DNA of 63,371 bases, counting the filler. It is 5 parts of 5 records of this genome, joined end to end, with 100 filler letters (N's around TTAATTAATTAA, not from the genome) between each part and the next. Parts side by side here need not be neighbours in the genome. Positions count along the whole stretch, not along the records: positions 55,175 to 63,371 come from DRR723986_9680; 4 more parts are not named here. One strand, written 5' to 3'. The notes beneath the pieces are model-generated. The model ran no database searches. It was not told the DNA's origin and worked only from the letters and a program-made list of their open reading frames with translations. This document shows, piece by piece, positions 59,914-63,371 of this stretch. The first letter of the stretch is position 1, and each line of letters opens with the position of its first letter. The translations under genes and the position numbers were made by a program.

Positions 59914-60447
59914 TCAGATCGCCAGCGTAAGCCTCACGGATACCTGCCCGGGCCCATTGCCCCGATCCAGTGCGGCTTGGTCAATCACCACGCCATGATT
60001 ACTGTGCAAACGCTCAAGCCAGGCTGCCACATCAGCGTAGGCGGCGTTTTCAAGCCAGACCCGGATAGCATCCTCTCCGCTGGGCTCGAACCGTTGCAAG
60101 GAAAGTCCGGCCTCCCCGGCTGAACGAGTCACCAGGGCCATCAGCGCACGCCCGTCTTCCGGCTTGTCAGCCCCTGCCGCGGTTGTCGCTGCGCCACCGG
60201 TCGTGCCCAGACGCTGAATGGTCGTTTCATTGGCCTGCATCCAGGCCAGCAGCTCTGCGGCATTCTCACGGTTTGAGGCCGCCCGATCATGAAACTGAGT
60301 AATCGGCTGCCAGATCAGCAGATAAATCAATGCCAGCAACAGGGCAATGCCCAGAACGGTCAATGCCTGACGGTCGCGGGTGGGTAACTGATCATAGCGG
60401 GCAATCAGTTTGCCGACGGCCGGTTGATCCTTGATGCGTGACCACAT
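59914..60447 (-). CDS. gspM: Type II secretion system protein M
   Basis: RDR..L + single TM + periplasmic ferredoxin-like domain. Follows gspL. Confidence 0.9.
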   Translation of the reverse strand: MWSRIKDQPAVGKLIARYDQLPTRDRQALTVLGIALLLALIYLLIWQPITQFHDRAASNRENAAELLAWMQANETTIQRLGTTGGAATTAAGADKPEDGRALMALVTRSAGEAGLSLQRFEPSGEDAIRVWLENAAYADVAAWLERLHSNHGVVIDQAALDRGNGPGQVSVRLTLAI

Positions 60448-60451
60448 GGGC

Positions 60452-61759
60452 TTATCCTCCTGAAACCGTGAGGCGGCCCCGGGCGCCGCTGGATTCGTTG
60501 ACCACGGAACCGATCTGGGCCTGCAGCCCTTCGCTGGCGAGTCCGTTACGCAGACGGCTTAACCGATCATAACTGTCGGCCCGGATATCCACCACGAGTT
60601 CGCCCCGGCTCCGGCTGTAGTTAATCGAGTTAAAGGTAACAGCTCCGGGATTCTGCAGGCGGCCGTACTGATCGCCGGTGTATTTCATCAGGGTGATAAA
60701 ATCCACGTCAGGGCCCTGGGAGCCAGCAACCCGTAACTGGCCTTCGATAACACGTCGTACATTTCCGGCATGGGTTCGGCGGTCCGAGGGAAAGGCATTC
60801 CGGTAAACCGCCATAGCCTGGCTTTCAAGCTGCTCCGCCTGCTGCTGCTGGTAGATTCCCATACCGATCTCCAGCCCCATCTGGATCACGAACCAGAGTG
60901 ATGCCACGGCGATAAGCGGCTTCCAGGGTTTCAGGGGGCTGCTGCCCTCCGCCTTGAACGCGAACGCCCCCTGGCACAGATTAATGGGCTGGCTCAGGTG
61001 ATGGTGGTACGACCAGGCCAGGAACTCGGTTACCGAAAATTCCAACGGCTTCTTTTCGATACGAAGAAGCCCGGTGGTTCCCGAAAGCTCACTCACCAGG
61101 GCCTGGCTCGCGTCCAGATCTGCCTCGGTGCCATATAGCTGCACCGGAATTTCGGCCACCACTTCGTCAGACGAAGGCGCAGCAAGTGTCACTGCAAGCA
61201 GCGGAAGATTATCTGCCTGCATGCGCAGCCACTCTCCCCGCTGGCTCTGCAGAAGTGCCGACTCTGCATCCAGGCAGATGACCCATCCGGATTCCGCCGC
61301 TGGCAACAGTGAAGCGTCTGGATAGACGGCCTCCAGACGGGCGTGGTACCAGCCAGAAAACAGTTGGCGCCAGCGAGCCATCTGCTCGCGATCGATGGCA
61401 GCAACCCGGTAGCCCTCAGGCGTGTGCGGCCCCAGCGCGAGATGAACCGAGTCAATGTCCTGGGCTATCTGCTCCTCAACGGCATACGGCAAGGCCTGCT
61501 GAATAAAACGGGTCTGTTTCGCCGGTATATCCGCCAGACAGAAAACCGCCTCATCACCGGGAATCAGTCCGATCAGCAGCACTTTCTCCAGCGCATTCTG
61601 TGCCAGCGTTTGCTCGATATGCTCCCGTGTATCAGCCGTGCCTCTGGCCTGAGCATCGCCACTGGCATCCTGGAGCACCCAGCTGAACAGCTGGGCATCG
61701 GGGCTCTGGTCCGGGTCCGCATACGGAGGCACCGGCCGGACAAAAAGGCGGTAAGACAT
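60452..61759 (-). CDS. gspL: Type II secretion system protein L
   Basis: ALPYAVEEQIAQDID.VHLA, INLCQG.F, single TM. Confidence 0.93.
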   Translation of the reverse strand: MSYRLFVRPVPPYADPDQSPDAQLFSWVLQDASGDAQARGTADTREHIEQTLAQNALEKVLLIGLIPGDEAVFCLADIPAKQTRFIQQALPYAVEEQIAQDIDSVHLALGPHTPEGYRVAAIDREQMARWRQLFSGWYHARLEAVYPDASLLPAAESGWVICLDAESALLQSQRGEWLRMQADNLPLLAVTLAAPSSDEVVAEIPVQLYGTEADLDASQALVSELSGTTGLLRIEKKPLEFSVTEFLAWSYHHHLSQPINLCQGAFAFKAEGSSPLKPWKPLIAVASLWFVIQMGLEIGMGIYQQQQAEQLESQAMAVYRNAFPSDRRTHAGNVRRVIEGQLRVAGSQGPDVDFITLMKYTGDQYGRLQNPGAVTFNSINYSRSRGELVVDIRADSYDRLSRLRNGLASEGLQAQIGSVVNESSGARGRLTVSGG

Positions 61760-61761
61760 GG

Positions 61762-62760
61762 TTATCCTTCTGAGAAAGTGTAAGGTTCCTTGGTAATGCG
61801 ATTCTTCTGCCCGGTATCCCTGTGAACCGTCCGGACTTCGCCCTCCGGGTTTCTATACACGGTGCTGACCATATTGACGACACGATTATCGTAGGTAATC
61901 CGTGAGACAACTTCAAAAAAACGGGTCTGAAGCGTTAACCCGTTGGCTTTCAGCCCCATCCCCGAGAACTCCGGCAGTGCCAGGAAATCCTGAAGGTTTT
62001 CGAATCGTTCTTCTTCGCGCTTGGCAATAATCGATTCCGCCTGAGCCTCATTCATATCCTCGTGCAGACTCATCAGAACCTGCGCCGTCGCGGTATTCAC
62101 GTTAATGCCGACGCCGGAGACTGGCAGCGCCACCAGATGAGGCCGCAGCGCAGCATAGATTTCCTCGGTCATGCCCTCAATCAGACGCAACTCGGTAATG
62201 GAAACAAAGGGCTGGTTGCCAGTGCGATACGGAGGGTCTGCCATCAGATACTGGCCGTCTTCGGCACCATAAGCGCTGATGGCCTGGTCGTCGGCGTCCA
62301 TCCAGTCAATGAGCGGGTCTACGGTGAGGCCAGTGATACCCAGAGCACGAAATAACCGGGTGAGCCGGTCTTTGGTGATGGGGTCCACTTCTCCGCTCGC
62401 GGTAACCAGATCGTTCAGGTTGATTCTGCCTCCAAGATCATCGATCTGGACCTCGGCAACACCACTGTCGTCCAGAGGCAGAATGGCAGCGTGCATGGCC
62501 CAGAACTCATCCGGACTGTCGACCATCACACTGTTTTCCTTATCCTCTTCGTAGTCCCGAACCAGAATACGCTTGGCAAATTCCTCGGCACCCAGAGCAA
62601 TACTCTGGCCTTGTTGCTGGGCCAGGTAATGGCCAGCCTTGAACACCCGCAGGCTTTGCTGGCGGGTCATGCCCGATGCCATCAACACCACCAGGGCCAT
62701 CGCCAACAGCACCATGATCAGGGCGACGCCCTGCTGCCTGCTCCCGGCAAACTTAATCAT
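61762..62760 (-). CDS. gspK: Type II secretion system minor pseudopilin K
   Basis: QQG/VALIMVL prepilin motif, RINLNDL, DWMDAD, INVNTA. Confidence 0.94.
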   Translation of the reverse strand: MIKFAGSRQQGVALIMVLLAMALVVLMASGMTRQQSLRVFKAGHYLAQQQGQSIALGAEEFAKRILVRDYEEDKENSVMVDSPDEFWAMHAAILPLDDSGVAEVQIDDLGGRINLNDLVTASGEVDPITKDRLTRLFRALGITGLTVDPLIDWMDADDQAISAYGAEDGQYLMADPPYRTGNQPFVSITELRLIEGMTEEIYAALRPHLVALPVSGVGINVNTATAQVLMSLHEDMNEAQAESIIAKREEERFENLQDFLALPEFSGMGLKANGLTLQTRFFEVVSRITYDNRVVNMVSTVYRNPEGEVRTVHRDTGQKNRITKEPYTFSEG

Positions 62761-63371
62761 TGCCGGTCACCCCGCCCGCGGCCTGGCCAGATCCGTCTTC
62801 AGCCGCGTCATCTTCCGACTCGGTCTGAGTCTCCTGTTGCTGATTGATCACCGCCTGGGCCTGCGACGGTTCAAAATCCGGCAAGCTGAACGTGCGGACC
62901 AACTCACCAAAGCGTTCATGTTCCAGTGTAATCTCAATCCCACGAGGCAAGGAGATGTCGGGTCGGGTACCCGGCGTCATCTGCGCCAAAGCGTCATCTT
63001 CCGGCCATTGCTTCTGCCAGTTACCGTTCTCATCCAGAAACCGGATTTCAAACTCCAGAACCTCGTCCAGCATCAGAATGTCCAGGCTTTCGTCTTCCTG
63101 CCCCTCATCCACCACAGGCCAATACCGACGGCGCAGTTCAGTTCCGGTATATTCCCAGCCGACGCGCTGCAGACCGCTACGCCGGAGACCAAGCGGATTG
63201 CGCCAGCCCTGGCGGGTCAGCATCAACGCAAACGAATCATCCCTTGAGGTTAAGGACGGTGAATAATCACCATAAACATCCCGGGCGGGCCGGTTGATGA
63301 TCTGGGTGATGTCACGTTCCAGCAGCAACATGGCTTTCTGCAAGCCGTCGAACGCCTGGGCAACCTCATCC
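62753..63371 (-). CDS. gspJ: Type II secretion system minor pseudopilin J, 5'-truncated by window edge
   Basis: LERDITQ..RP.RD, TRQGWRNP..RS.LQRV, RRYWP..D. Precedes gspK. Confidence 0.9.
   Translation of the reverse strand, partial: DEVAQAFDGLQKAMLLLERDITQIINRPARDVYGDYSPSLTSRDDSFALMLTRQGWRNPLGLRRSGLQRVGWEYTGTELRRRYWPVVDEGQEDESLDILMLDEVLEFEIRFLDENGNWQKQWPEDDALAQMTPGTRPDISLPRGIEITLEHERFGELVRTFSLPDFEPSQAQAVINQQQETQTESEDDAAEDGSGQAAGGVTGND

Overview
The window is not one locus. It is five unrelated contigs joined by artificial 100-nt spacers (44 N + TTAATTAATTAA + 44 N) at 20657-20756, 32360-32459, 44081-44180 and 55075-55174. Taxon labels are inferred from gene content and order. Contig 1 (1-20656) looks like an FCB-group bacterium outside the Bacteroidota proper (Kapabacteria/Ignavibacteria/Chlorobi-like). 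It has two OmpA-domain proteins, a methyltransferase, a lipoprotein with a papain-like C-terminal domain, a T9SS-type cargo protein, a small secreted protein, a gamma-CA, a TPR protein, the rplM-rpsI-rpsB-tsf-pyrH-frr cluster, mazG and an ABC exporter. Its spacers carry a dispersed degenerate repeat family. Contig 2 (20757-32359) is betaproteobacterial (Limnobacter-like): fmt-htpX-rsmB-DUF4390-ntrY/ntrX-like-trkA-trkH, a CobW-like remnant, DUF3567 and an MFS transporter. Contig 3 (32460-44080) is alphaproteobacterial (Kordiimonas-like) housekeeping DNA that hides a strong candidate sigma54/IHF-driven ~155-nt small RNA. Contig 4 (44181-55074) is a Marinobacter-like alcohol-oxidation cluster with Ca-type PedE/ExaA and lanthanide-type PedH. 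It also has cytochrome c550, an inserted AraC + acyl-CoA ligase pair, ExaC, an AcuR/NemR-like TetR, and recurring promoter motifs that may encode the rare-earth switch. Contig 5 (55175-63371) is Marinobacter-like: a hybrid histidine kinase, gor, a GNAT and gspMLKJ. Best novelty candidates are the sigma54-dependent sRNA (37788-37943), the CGGGAA-N3-TTCCCG operator shared by pedE and pedH, the contig-1 repeat family and the papain-like surface lipoprotein. No CRISPR array, tRNA, rRNA or transposase was found.
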